A DNA stretch of 64,000 bases, from assembly GCA_035347995.1 (NCBI GenBank), contig DAOPQD010000005.1, positions 6,433 to 70,432 of the forward strand. The letters run 5' to 3'. How positions within the stretch are numbered: the stretch's first letter is position 1; every line of letters starts with the position of its first letter. This stretch comes from Anaerolineae bacterium. Lineage in GTDB: Bacteria > Chloroflexota > Anaerolineae > B4-G1 > SLSP01. Under the pieces are notes generated by a model. That model was not told the DNA's origin and searched no databases. It was given only the letters and a program-made list of their open reading frames with translations. Positions 27,830-37,365 of the stretch are shown here, piece by piece. The translations under genes and the position numbers were made by a program.

Positions 27830-27876
27830 GTGAGTCGAGAGCCGTCACAACCTCTGCTCATGGCTCTCACGTTTTT
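27830..27876 (+). terminator. hairpin + T-run terminator built from the GTGAGTCG.GAGCCGT / GGCTCTCAC palindromic unit
   Basis: gagagcc..ggctctc stem followed by acgTTTTTAtt. The 5' arm shares GTGAGTCG-GAGCCGT with the leader module at 34348. Confidence 0.6.
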
Positions 27877-28044
27877 ATTCCCTGTGGGGTGCCGCAGGAA
27901 TATCTCAACTCCTCAAAGGATAAAAACGACCATTCCCAAAGCAATCTGCGCCGCCGTGAAACATATCCGCGTGAAAACGCGTCTTGCACAAACTGCAAAA
28001 AGTGGTAAATTGTATCGGAATACACACTCTGGCGGCGATACACC

Positions 28045-29094
28045 ATGGATCATCCAACCTGGACGCGACGGGAGTTCTTACAGCTGGGGCTGGGCGCGCT
28101 GACAGCGCTGCTCACGCCGCCCTTTCTGCCGGATGACGCTAACCTGCTGACGCACTGGCTGAGTAAGAAAGCGGCCATGCTGCCCGGCGCCGAGCCGCCG
28201 CCCGCCACACTAGGCCGCATCATCAGCTGGTATCAACAGGCCGTGCGGCAGGAACCCTCGCCCAACGCTCCGCTGGTCACCTGGAAGAGCCATGACACCG
28301 TCATCCCGCTCTACAGCGCCGTTGCCGGCGACCCGCCCTGGCCTACCAACCCCATCTGGTATCAGACCGAGGAAGGCTACATTCACAGCGGCTTCGTCCA
28401 GCCCGTGGAAAACGACCGCCAGACAGAGGTGCTCACCGACATCGCCCCGCCCGGTTTTTGGGCCGAAGTGTGCGTCCCCTACGCCGAGGCCCGGCAGCAG
28501 CCCGGCGGCTCTTATGTGCTCCGTCGGCTCTACTACCAGACCGTGTACCGCGTCATCGCGGCGACGCGCGACGCCGCCGGCGAATGGTGGTATCGCCTTC
28601 AGGAAGGCATCACCTGGTCCCCGGGGCCGTATGTCCCCTTCTGGTCAGTACGACGGATTGCGCCCACGGAGCTGACGCCCATCTCGCCGGGGCAACCCGA
28701 CAAATGGATCCAGATTGACATCCGCAATCAGATGCTCACCTGTTATGAGGGCGACCGGGCCGTATTCAGCACCGCCGTCGCCTCGGGGACGGCCAGAACG
28801 CCCACGCCCTTGGGCGAATTCCGCATCCTCTACAAACGCCACACCCGGCGCATGGTCGGCGAGGATTATGATCTTACCGGCGTGCCCTTTCCGACGTACT
28901 TCACCCGCAGCGGCGTTGCCATCCACGGCACCTACTGGCACAACGATTACGGACGGCGCTACAGTCATGGCTGCCTCAACGTTCCCAGCCGCGCCGCGAT
29001 GTGGGTTTTCCGGTGGACCGATCCCCAGGTCCCCTATGACCTGGAGACGATGGACGCACCCCCCAACACTGGCACACGGGTGGTAGTGAGCTAA
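28045..29094 (+). CDS. L,D-transpeptidase (YkuD domain) with Tat-type signal
   Basis: N-terminus TRREFLQLGLGAL. C-terminus IHGTYWHNDYGRRYSHGCLNV (HG..SHGC motif). Confidence 0.85.
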   Translation: MDHPTWTRREFLQLGLGALTALLTPPFLPDDANLLTHWLSKKAAMLPGAEPPPATLGRIISWYQQAVRQEPSPNAPLVTWKSHDTVIPLYSAVAGDPPWPTNPIWYQTEEGYIHSGFVQPVENDRQTEVLTDIAPPGFWAEVCVPYAEARQQPGGSYVLRRLYYQTVYRVIAATRDAAGEWWYRLQEGITWSPGPYVPFWSVRRIAPTELTPISPGQPDKWIQIDIRNQMLTCYEGDRAVFSTAVASGTARTPTPLGEFRILYKRHTRRMVGEDYDLTGVPFPTYFTRSGVAIHGTYWHNDYGRRYSHGCLNVPSRAAMWVFRWTDPQVPYDLETMDAPPNTGTRVVVS

Positions 29095-29549
29095 TGCCGC
29101 CCGACGCCGCGCGTGACACAGAGGACGGGGGGATTGAACGCGAAAGCGCCCGCGCTTCCTCAGCCGGGACCATGCACCGGCTAGGACGAGCGCGCTTCCA
29201 GCAATTCGTCGTCGAGGCTTTCGAAGCGCTGCCCGCGACATTCCGCGAAAAACTGGAAAACGTGGAAATTGTTGTGGAAGGGTGGCCCGATGCGGAGACA
29301 TTGCGCCAGGCGCACGTCAGTCAGCCGATAGGATTGCTGGGCTTCTATCATGGCGTGCCGCAGACGCGCCGTACTCACCATTACGGGCTGGTGCTGCCCG
29401 ACAAAATCAGCCTGTACTTCTATCCCATCGTCCTGCGTTGCGTCAGCGAGGACGAGGTGCGTGACCTGGTGCAGCACGTGCTGTACCACGAGATCGCACA
29501 TCATTTCGGCATTGATGACGACCGCCTCCAGGAGCTCGGCGCTTACTGA
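29094..29549 (+). CDS. small zinc-metallopeptidase-like protein (DUF1025-type, HExxH)
   Basis: LENVEIVVEGWPD and HEIAHHFG. The start is uncertain: ATG 29094 overlaps the upstream stop, and the internal ATG at 29172 (MHRLGRARF..) is equally plausible. Confidence 0.7.
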   Translation: MPPDAARDTEDGGIERESARASSAGTMHRLGRARFQQFVVEAFEALPATFREKLENVEIVVEGWPDAETLRQAHVSQPIGLLGFYHGVPQTRRTHHYGLVLPDKISLYFYPIVLRCVSEDEVRDLVQHVLYHEIAHHFGIDDDRLQELGAY

Positions 29550-29601
29550 GACGGCTTGCGGCTCACGGAGGCACACGAACACCCCGTGATGATTTTCCCC
29601 T

Positions 29602-30561
29602 CTAATGGCCAGATGCGGACGCCGGCTCTGCCTCAAGCCCGATCTCGGCCAGAAAAGCCCCCAACTCGCGGTCGTAGGCTTCCGGGTCCGTCGCCAAAGA
29701 CTGCGCATGGTCCGCGCCGGGCGCCAGGTACAGCCGCTTGACGCCGGGTTTGCGCTTGAAAAGCGCCTCGCTGGCTGCCGGCGGGATGTAAGCATCCTCC
29801 GCGCCGTGGATGAATAGGATCGGCGTCTCCACCTGCCCGATGACAGCAATGGGCGAAGCCTGGCCAAAAAACCAGCCGGCGCGCAGCCACGTGATCAGGC
29901 TGGCGAGCGGCAACAACGGCCATGCCGGCAGGTGATATTCCACTTTGAGGCGATAGGCGAACTGCTCGCGCGCGCTGGCATACGGACAATCCGCCACGGC
30001 GAAGGCGATGCGCGGATCTATCGCCGCATGTTGGAGCACCGTCGCCGCTCCCATGGATTCGCCGTGCGTGCCGATCACGCCCTCCGCCCCACAGCGCGTT
30101 ATCACCCAATCCACACACGCTTTGAGATCGTCCTTCTCGTAGAAGCCAAAGGAAGTGTTGCGGCCGCCGCTGCCGCCGTGATGGCGATGATCGTACAGGA
30201 GCACGTTGTAGCCGCGACGGTAGAAGAGCACCGCATACTTCACCGAGCCGTAAAGCGTCCAGGTGATGCCGTGCGCCAGGATGACCGTGCGCCTCGAGCC
30301 TGGGACGGGCGCGTAGAGCGCATGGAGCTCATAGCCGTGGGGCGAGGGGATCCACACCTCCTCTCGGGGCCAGCTGCCGAAGCCTTCCGGGGTGATACTC
30401 CCGTGTTCCACTTCCCAATCGTAGCTGTATTCCAGAGAATGCGTGCGCGGGAAAATGACGACGCCAGAAAAAAATCTGGCGGCGAAAATCACCAATCCCA
30501 CCAACACCCCCAGAACGATCCATAGCCCCATAGGCTCACTCCAACCGATGAAAGATGGCAT
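29602..30561 (-). CDS. alpha/beta hydrolase (N-terminal TM anchor)
   Basis: 319 aa. GESMGA nucleophile elbow, HGAEDAYIP, ADH. Confidence 0.8.
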   Translation of the reverse strand: MPSFIGWSEPMGLWIVLGVLVGLVIFAARFFSGVVIFPRTHSLEYSYDWEVEHGSITPEGFGSWPREEVWIPSPHGYELHALYAPVPGSRRTVILAHGITWTLYGSVKYAVLFYRRGYNVLLYDHRHHGGSGGRNTSFGFYEKDDLKACVDWVITRCGAEGVIGTHGESMGAATVLQHAAIDPRIAFAVADCPYASAREQFAYRLKVEYHLPAWPLLPLASLITWLRAGWFFGQASPIAVIGQVETPILFIHGAEDAYIPPAASEALFKRKPGVKRLYLAPGADHAQSLATDPEAYDRELGAFLAEIGLEAEPASASGH

Positions 30562-30636
30562 TCAAAAACGCCGTTTTGCGTCCTCGCCCTTGCCGCGCGG
30601 CTTCACACCGGGCTTCCGCCGCTGCCGGCGCTCGCG

Positions 30637-31071
30637 CTACGCGGACGACATCAAATAGATGGCGACAAGCGACAGCCCCAGGCCCACAAACTGCTTGGGG
30701 GTGATCGGCTCTTCGAGGGTGAGAGCCGCCAGCAACACCGTGATGACGGGATACATCGCCGTGAGCGGGATCACCACCGAAGTCTGCCCCTTGTTCACGG
30801 CCATGAGCATGAAGAGGGTCCCCACCGTGCCCGCGACACCGGTCAGCACTGAAAACAACACGCCGCGCGGGTGAAAGGTCAGCCGCACCTCCAGCACGGC
30901 CAACAACACGATGCTGGAAAGCAGGGTGCCGAGGTTCTGATACAGCAACGCTGTTCGCGGTTCCAGATGTTGCGTCGCCAGTTTAGGGAAATATCCCCAG
31001 AAGCCAAAGGTGAAGGTGGCCAGCAGCGCCCAAGTGACCCAGGAAGGCATGAGCCCTTCACTCCCCGGCAT
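30637..31071 (-). CDS. small EamA/DMT-like membrane protein
   Basis: 144 aa, about 4-5 TM segments, EamA-like C-terminus (LTLEEPITPKQFVGLGLSLVAIYLM). Confidence 0.65.
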   Translation of the reverse strand: MPGSEGLMPSWVTWALLATFTFGFWGYFPKLATQHLEPRTALLYQNLGTLLSSIVLLAVLEVRLTFHPRGVLFSVLTGVAGTVGTLFMLMAVNKGQTSVVIPLTAMYPVITVLLAALTLEEPITPKQFVGLGLSLVAIYLMSSA

Positions 31072-31618
31072 ACACGAAGTTGTTGTCGGCCTCGGCCAGC
31101 AACGGCTGACGCGCGTCCTTGGCGGAGAGCAGCGGCTCGGCGACAGGCCATCGCACGCCGATAGCGGGATCGTTCCACAAAATGCCGCGATCCAGCGCCT
31201 GGACGTATTCCGCCGTCGCCTGATAGATCACGTCCACCTCCGCGCTGAGCACACAGAAGCCATGCGCGAAGCCCGCCGGAAGATACAGCAGGCGATGGTT
31301 CTCCGCCGAGAGGGTCTCGCCTACCCACTGTCCATACGTTGGAGAGCCGCGCCGAATGTCCACGGCCACATCGTAGATTTCGCCCCGCACCACCGTGACC
31401 AGCTTGCCCTGGGCGGCGGGCTGCTTCTGAAAGTGCAGGCCGCGCAGCACGGCGTGGGTAGAATGGGAATGATTCGTCTGCACAAAGGGCGGGAATCCCG
31501 CCTCCGTGAATTCCGACAGACGATAGGTCTCCAGAAAGAAACCGCGCTCATCGGTAAAAGTCCGCGGCTCGACGAGAATGACCTCGGAAAGGGCAAGCGG
31601 AATAAATTTGAAAGGCAT
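31058..31618 (-). CDS. rfbC: dTDP-4-dehydrorhamnose 3,5-epimerase
   Basis: Starts MPFKFIPLALSEVILVEPRTFTDERGFF. Also LRGLHFQ, KLVTVVRGEIYDVAVDIR, AGFAHGF. The longer track ORF (to 31798) has a non-homologous N-terminal extension. Confidence 0.9.
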   Translation of the reverse strand: MPFKFIPLALSEVILVEPRTFTDERGFFLETYRLSEFTEAGFPPFVQTNHSHSTHAVLRGLHFQKQPAAQGKLVTVVRGEIYDVAVDIRRGSPTYGQWVGETLSAENHRLLYLPAGFAHGFCVLSAEVDVIYQATAEYVQALDRGILWNDPAIGVRWPVAEPLLSAKDARQPLLAEADNNFVYAGE

Positions 31619-31656
31619 GACGTTGCTCCTGAAAGAAATTTCCATAGGATGAGGGA

Positions 31657-32703
31657 TCACGCACCCGGCACGTGCCGCCGTACCAGACGCGCCAGCCGCA
31701 AGGCCCAAGGATACAGGGGACTGAGCGACTTCTCCCACAGCCCCACAAAGCGCACGATCCGTCCGCCGAAACCGCGCTTGAAACGGTAGACGCCCCACAA
31801 GCCGTCGTTGCGCGTCGCAAATTCCGCCTCGAGCGTTTCCTCATCGGCGTCGGGGATGCCCCACAAATCATAAGTCGTGCAGCCACGGCGCCGCGCCCAC
31901 CGCATGGCTTCCCATTGCAGGGCATACGTCGGCATCCATTCCCGGCAACGCTCCGAAGAGGCGCCGTAGAAGTACCAGGCCTTCGCGCCCCAGGCAAAGA
32001 CCATCAGCGCGGCGACCGTCTCACCCGCAACGTCGGCCAGCAGCAGCGCCGCCTGCCCCACGGGCTGAAATTGCTCCAGGGCGCGCCGATAATACGCCTC
32101 GCTGTGAATGGCGAAACCGTCGCGCTGCCCCGTTTCCACCATCAGCCGATAAAAGGCGGGGAGCTCCTCCGGACCGCCCTCGCGCACGGCGACACCCTTG
32201 CGCGCCGCTAGCCGGATGTTGTAGCGCGTCTTCTGCTTCATCTGCGCGAGGAGCGCCTCCTCGTCGCTGGCGAGGTCCACCACGATCGTCTGTCGCGGTT
32301 GGATCGTGCGCGCGGCGGGCCGATAGCCCAACGACGCGAGCAGGGCGCGACTGGCAGGATCATCGGGCAGCTCCGGCTCCAGCCACAGCGCCAACGCCCG
32401 TTTGCGGCGCGCTGTCCGTTCCACGGCCTGCACGAGCTCCCGCACCGGCGCTGCAGCGCGCCACTCCACCACGGGGCCGCGCGGCACATAGGCCAGCGTC
32501 GCCGCCTGGCTCAAGGCCCAGCGGCGGGTGAGCAACAGCGCTCCCCCCGCCAGCTGCTCCGCGCTTCCCAACGTCACCAGCTGCGAGTCCCAATCGAAGG
32601 CGGACTTCAACGCCCCCCAGCGCGAGGTCTGCAGCACCGTCCCATAGGGATGACGCGCCACCCACTGATCCCAGACTTCCGGCACGACGGGCGCAGGCGT
32701 CAC
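31657..32703 (-). CDS. FemAB-family peptidoglycan interpeptide-bridge peptidyltransferase-like protein
   Basis: VLQTSRWGALKSAFDW, YNIRLAARKG, AKAWYFYGASS. GTG at 32703 gives a GTGA overlap with the upstream methyltransferase stop. Confidence 0.75.
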   Translation of the reverse strand: MTPAPVVPEVWDQWVARHPYGTVLQTSRWGALKSAFDWDSQLVTLGSAEQLAGGALLLTRRWALSQAATLAYVPRGPVVEWRAAAPVRELVQAVERTARRKRALALWLEPELPDDPASRALLASLGYRPAARTIQPRQTIVVDLASDEEALLAQMKQKTRYNIRLAARKGVAVREGGPEELPAFYRLMVETGQRDGFAIHSEAYYRRALEQFQPVGQAALLLADVAGETVAALMVFAWGAKAWYFYGASSERCREWMPTYALQWEAMRWARRRGCTTYDLWGIPDADEETLEAEFATRNDGLWGVYRFKRGFGGRIVRFVGLWEKSLSPLYPWALRLARLVRRHVPGA

Positions 32704-33539
32704 ACTTTTTCCCCCACCACCAACAAGCCAGCGCCCACCCCGCCTTCCGGGACATCCATCTCGTAGGCGCGACGCCAGCTCCGGCTCAGGCGACGTACCA
32801 CTTCGCGCCGGAGGAGGGGCTGAAATCCCAGCCACCGCAGTCGCGGCGATGCCAGCCAGTGATACAAGGGACGCCGGGGCTCAGTAATGCCAAAATCGGC
32901 GTTGCTCTTGTCCCACATGGCCGCGACGCTCGCCGGCAGGTAATAACGCGCGGCGAGCAAGCGGATGCCCGCCCGCTCCAGCAACGCCGCCCATTCCTGG
33001 GGAGAATGGTAGTGATAATGCTCCAGCCGCTCGTCAATGTGTCGCGCATACAGTTCCGCCCCGTCGAAATCGCCCACTGCCGCGCAGTTCCGATAACCGG
33101 ACAGTAAGCGACGGAAAGCATCGCTCGGCACGGTAGTGATGAAACGCCCCCCCGGCCGCAACACCCGGCCGCTCTCCTGCAGCACCGGCTCCACATCAGG
33201 GATATGTTCCAGCACCGAATTGCTGAAGACGGTACCGAAACTGCCGCTGCGATAGGGCATGGCGTTTCCATACGCCTGCTGCACGCTGACGTATCTGCCG
33301 CTGGCAGCTCCCTGCCGCAGCTGTTCCCACCAGGGATCGAAGCCCGCCTCAAGCGGCGCTTCGCCATCGAAAAGCACGCTAGCGATCAGGCCATCGCCGC
33401 AACCCAGGTCGAGAATCGGCCGCAGGAAGGATTCGCACGCGAGGGTGCGCAGTTCCACCGAACGCCACAGCGCCACGGGCGGCGCGAACCAGTATGCCTC
33501 CAACAGCCGGGTCAGATAATCACGATTAGGAACTGGCAT
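32700..33539 (-). CDS. class I SAM-dependent methyltransferase
   Basis: Motif I ILDLGCGDG. Start taken at MPVPNRDYL (ATG at 33539). Confidence 0.8.
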   Translation of the reverse strand: MPVPNRDYLTRLLEAYWFAPPVALWRSVELRTLACESFLRPILDLGCGDGLIASVLFDGEAPLEAGFDPWWEQLRQGAASGRYVSVQQAYGNAMPYRSGSFGTVFSNSVLEHIPDVEPVLQESGRVLRPGGRFITTVPSDAFRRLLSGYRNCAAVGDFDGAELYARHIDERLEHYHYHSPQEWAALLERAGIRLLAARYYLPASVAAMWDKSNADFGITEPRRPLYHWLASPRLRWLGFQPLLRREVVRRLSRSWRRAYEMDVPEGGVGAGLLVVGEKV

Positions 33540-33612
33540 ACATTCCTTCCTGGAAGAGGCTTCAAAAGCGCCTGGCGAAATGGAAAACACGCCCCCTTTG
33601 GGGCAGCAGAGC

Positions 33613-33918
33613 TCAAAGCTCGTGCTGATTGATGAGGCGGGTCAGCTCGTCGGCGTGCACGTAATGGGTCACGGTGATGGATTGCTGGCGCACGCCGGGA
33701 ACGCTGCCTACGGCCTGTTTGATGTCGGCTGCCAGGCTCAACGCCAGCGGGCACAGCGGCGAGGAGGGCCGAAAGCTGTAGCTCACCCTGCCGGTCAGCT
33801 CGTCAACTTCGAGATCCTCCACCAGCTGCATCCGCAGCACGTCCACCCCTGTCTCCGGGTCAATCACTTCTACCAGCTTCAACAGGATTTGTTCCCGCAG
33901 CGTCGCTTCAAGATTCAT
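33613..33918 (-). CDS. DUF59 / Fe-S assembly (SufT/MIP18-like) protein
   Basis: 101 aa. VIDPETGVDVLRMQLV..SSPLCPLA is the DUF59 pattern. Confidence 0.8.
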   Translation of the reverse strand: MNLEATLREQILLKLVEVIDPETGVDVLRMQLVEDLEVDELTGRVSYSFRPSSPLCPLALSLAADIKQAVGSVPGVRQQSITVTHYVHADELTRLINQHEL

Positions 33919-34044
33919 GGCGCTTCATCCTTTGGCTAAATTAAGGCGTGCTCTGAATGGCCTTATTTTACCCCAAGTTGCAGGAATGCCTATCTCCAAA
34001 CTTTGATTGGACTTCCGCGCCATTTGTGGTACATTGGGGACGTT

Positions 34045-34080
34045 GGGCCGCACAACTGCATGAGCGCGGCCCTCTTTTAT
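34045..34080 (+). terminator. terminator-like hairpin early in the PfkB-kinase leader (possible attenuator)
   Basis: gggccgc-14 nt-gcggccc followed by TCTTTTAT. It lies just downstream of a candidate TTGGAC-17-(TGg)TACATT promoter at 34007-34035. Confidence 0.4.
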
Positions 34081-34100
34081 GGAAATCCATGGGAGACGCC

Positions 34101-34196
34101 ATGTGCTGGCGCACATCATCCAAGGATGAAAAGGTGAGTCGTGAGCAGCGACGGCGACGGCTCACGGGTCGGCCGGGGATGGAATCCCCAGCCTGA
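34101..34196 (+). CDS. leader small ORF 1 (31 codons, MCWRTSSKDEKVSRE..), speculative
   Basis: GGGAGA lies 5 nt upstream. The first 15 codons are paralogous to sORF2, with mostly conservative changes. It runs into leader-module copy 2a. Confidence 0.25.
   Translation: MCWRTSSKDEKVSREQRRRRLTGRPGMESPA
34124..34166 (+). promoter_or_regulatory. leader module, short copy 2a (GGATGAAAAGGTGAGTCGTGAGC..GCTCACG hairpin)
   Basis: The 23-nt 5' box is identical to copy 2b. 7-bp stem cgtgagc/gctcacg with a 13-nt loop. Confidence 0.45.
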
Positions 34197-34314
34197 CAGG
34201 AGCCAAGCGCGCTGAAGCGCGCTATTTGAGGACGTAGCAGCCCGGGGGCCAGGAATTTCTGATCTGATGCGTGAAATTCGTGTTCATTCGGGGCCCATTT
34301 TCTGAGGAGTTAAC

Positions 34315-34365
34315 ATGTTCTTCCGGCACACCACCGAGGATGAAAAGGTGAGTCGTGAGCCGTGA
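34315..34365 (+). CDS. leader small ORF 2 (16 codons, MFFRHTTEDEKVSREP), speculative
   Basis: Strong SD GAGGAG 5 nt upstream. The stop codon lies inside the 5' arm of module copy 2b. Confidence 0.3.
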   Translation: MFFRHTTEDEKVSREP

Positions 34366-34427
34366 ACCGCGACTGCAACGACTCTCTACTCACGGCTCAC
34401 GGAGCTCTACTTGCTGAGGAGAAAACG
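34338..34427 (+). promoter_or_regulatory. structured 5' leader module, copy 2b (full length)
   Basis: GTGAGTCGTGAGCCGTGA..TCACGGCTCACG can form a perfect 12-bp stem. It is followed by CTCTACTTGCTGAGGAG and then the ATG. Confidence 0.5.
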
Positions 34428-35381
34428 ATGCAAATCATCGTCACCGGCTCGATTGCGTTTGATTATCTGATGTCCTTTCCGGGGCATTTCACCGATCATC
34501 TGCTCATGGAGCGCGTCGGCAAGGTCAGCCTGAGTTTTCTGGTAGACGAGATGCGCCGCGTGCGCGGCGGCTGCGCTGCCAACATCGCCTATAATCTGGC
34601 ACTGCTGGGTGAGCGTCCCGCCATGATGGCGACCGCCGGACAGGACTTCGAAGACTATCGCAGCTGGCTTGAAGACCATGGCGTGGACACCCGCCTCACC
34701 CGCACCATCCCCGACGTTTTCACGGCGTCCTTCTTCGTCAACACCGACCTGGACCAAAACCAGATCGCTACTTTCTACACCGGCGCGATGGCGTATGCCC
34801 GGGAACTCTCGTTCCACGATTTGAAACCACGCCCCGATATGGTCATCCTCTCGCCCAACGACCCCATCGCCATGGACAAGTACGCCGTGGAGTGTAAGAC
34901 GCTCGGCATTCCCTACATCTACGATCCGGGACAACAAGTGGTGCGCGTCGGCGCTGATTCACTCTGTCTGGGACTGGAGGGCGCGGACATCCTCATCCTC
35001 AACGACTACGAATTCGAATTGCTCAAGACCCGCACGGGCCTCACGGATGCGCAAATTCGCGCCGCCGTCAAGCAAGCAGTCATCATCACCCGCGGCGCGG
35101 ATGGCTCCGAAATCTGGAGCGACCGCCGCGTCACGGTGCCCGTCGTCCCTCCCCAGCAGATCGCCGATCCGACCGGCGTGGGCGATGCCTATCGCGCGGG
35201 GCTCCTCAAGGGATTGGCGCTCGGGCTTCCCTGGGAGGTCTGTGGACGCATCGGCGCGCTTGCGGCGACCTACACGCTGGAATGCGTCGGACCGCAGAGC
35301 CAGCATTACACCCTGGCGGAGTTCAAGACGCGGTACCAGGAGCATTTTGGGGAAGATACATTTACGGAGAAGATTGGGTAA
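34428..35381 (+). CDS. PfkB-family carbohydrate/nucleoside kinase (adenosine-kinase-like by context)
   Basis: GGCAANIAYNLALLG and DPTGVGDAYRAG (PfkB signatures). Immediately upstream of ahcY. Start at MQIIVTGS (SD GAGGAG). Confidence 0.85.
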   Translation: MQIIVTGSIAFDYLMSFPGHFTDHLLMERVGKVSLSFLVDEMRRVRGGCAANIAYNLALLGERPAMMATAGQDFEDYRSWLEDHGVDTRLTRTIPDVFTASFFVNTDLDQNQIATFYTGAMAYARELSFHDLKPRPDMVILSPNDPIAMDKYAVECKTLGIPYIYDPGQQVVRVGADSLCLGLEGADILILNDYEFELLKTRTGLTDAQIRAAVKQAVIITRGADGSEIWSDRRVTVPVVPPQQIADPTGVGDAYRAGLLKGLALGLPWEVCGRIGALAATYTLECVGPQSQHYTLAEFKTRYQEHFGEDTFTEKIG

Positions 35382-35449
35382 AGCATAATGCGTGATACGT
35401 AACATTCATCAAATATAAGAGATGTCATGTGTTAGCGTATACTATCAAG

Positions 35450-36789
<1,340 letters not shown>

Positions 36790-36812
36790 GTCCTCCCCGC
36801 ATGAATCAGTGC

Positions 36813-36850
36813 AGCCCCCGAAGCGTCTCCCGTGCTTCGGGGGCTTTTGT
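36813..36850 (+). terminator. rho-independent terminator after ahcY
   Basis: gcccccgaagc / gcttcgggggc stem followed by TTTTGTGTG. Confidence 0.8.
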
Positions 36851-36943
36851 GTGCGCGCCCCGTTCCCTAAGCGGCAAGAGAGCCGGACGCCCCTCACGGC
36901 CTGAACAAAGATCACAGATCAGTCAAAATCCTATATTTGCTTA

Positions 36944-36985
36944 TTGACAATACTGTGTGATATATTGTATAATACAAAGTACAGC
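36944..36985 (+). promoter_or_regulatory. padR promoter (TTGACA-18-TATAAT) overlapped by palindrome TTGTAT-A-ATACAA
   Basis: Read directly: -35 at 36944-49, -10 at 36968-73. The inverted repeat spans the -10. Confidence 0.5.
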
Positions 36986-37002
36986 AAGAGAGGAGACACG
37001 CC

Positions 37003-37335
37003 ATGGAGGAAATCATCCAAAATCTGATTCTGGAACTGCGGCGAGGGACGCTCATCCTCAGCGTGCTCAGCCAGCTGCGCGAGCGGCAATACGGCTACGC
37101 GCTCAAAGAGCGGCTCGTGGAACAAGGGGTGGAAATTGATCAGGGGACGCTCTATCCCCTCCTACGTCGGCTAGAAAAGCAAGGGCTGCTGGATAGTGAG
37201 TGGGACGTGAGCGAAGCGCGTCCGAGGCGCTATTACGTCCTCAGCGAGCAGGGGCGCGAGGTGCTGACGATCATGGTCGCCGAATGGCAACAGCTGGTCA
37301 GCGTCATGGAACAGGTGTTAGCGGCGGATAAGTAA
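37003..37335 (+). CDS. PadR-family transcriptional regulator
   Basis: 110 aa. ILSVLSQ..YGYAL, GTLYPLLRRLEKQGLL, RRYYVLSEQG. Confidence 0.9.
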   Translation: MEEIIQNLILELRRGTLILSVLSQLRERQYGYALKERLVEQGVEIDQGTLYPLLRRLEKQGLLDSEWDVSEARPRRYYVLSEQGREVLTIMVAEWQQLVSVMEQVLAADK

Positions 37336-37365
37336 AAGCTCACCCCGTGGACTGCCGCGAACGCG

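Noticed and set aside
31058-32835. N-terminal extensions of rfbC (to 31798) and of the FemAB-like gene (to 32835) given by the ORF track.
   Set aside because: Homology starts at MPFKF (31618) and at the GTG at 32703 (GTGA coupling with the upstream stop). The extensions overlap neighbouring genes and are low-complexity.
34101-34365. The two leader mini-ORFs as RiPP or bacteriocin precursors.
   Set aside because: There are no adjacent modification or export genes. The peptides are charged and short, and they overlap a conserved RNA hairpin. A regulatory leader-peptide role is more plausible, and even that is uncertain because module copies 1 and 3 lack such ORFs.
34348-34400. GTGAGT..TACTCAC resembling a eukaryotic-style 5' splice site and branch point, or a group II intron 5' end.
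   Set aside because: The element is about 50 nt, lies in 5' UTRs and interrupts no ORF. No intron domain V/VI-like structure or reverse transcriptase gene is present. The resemblance is coincidental to a simple inverted repeat.
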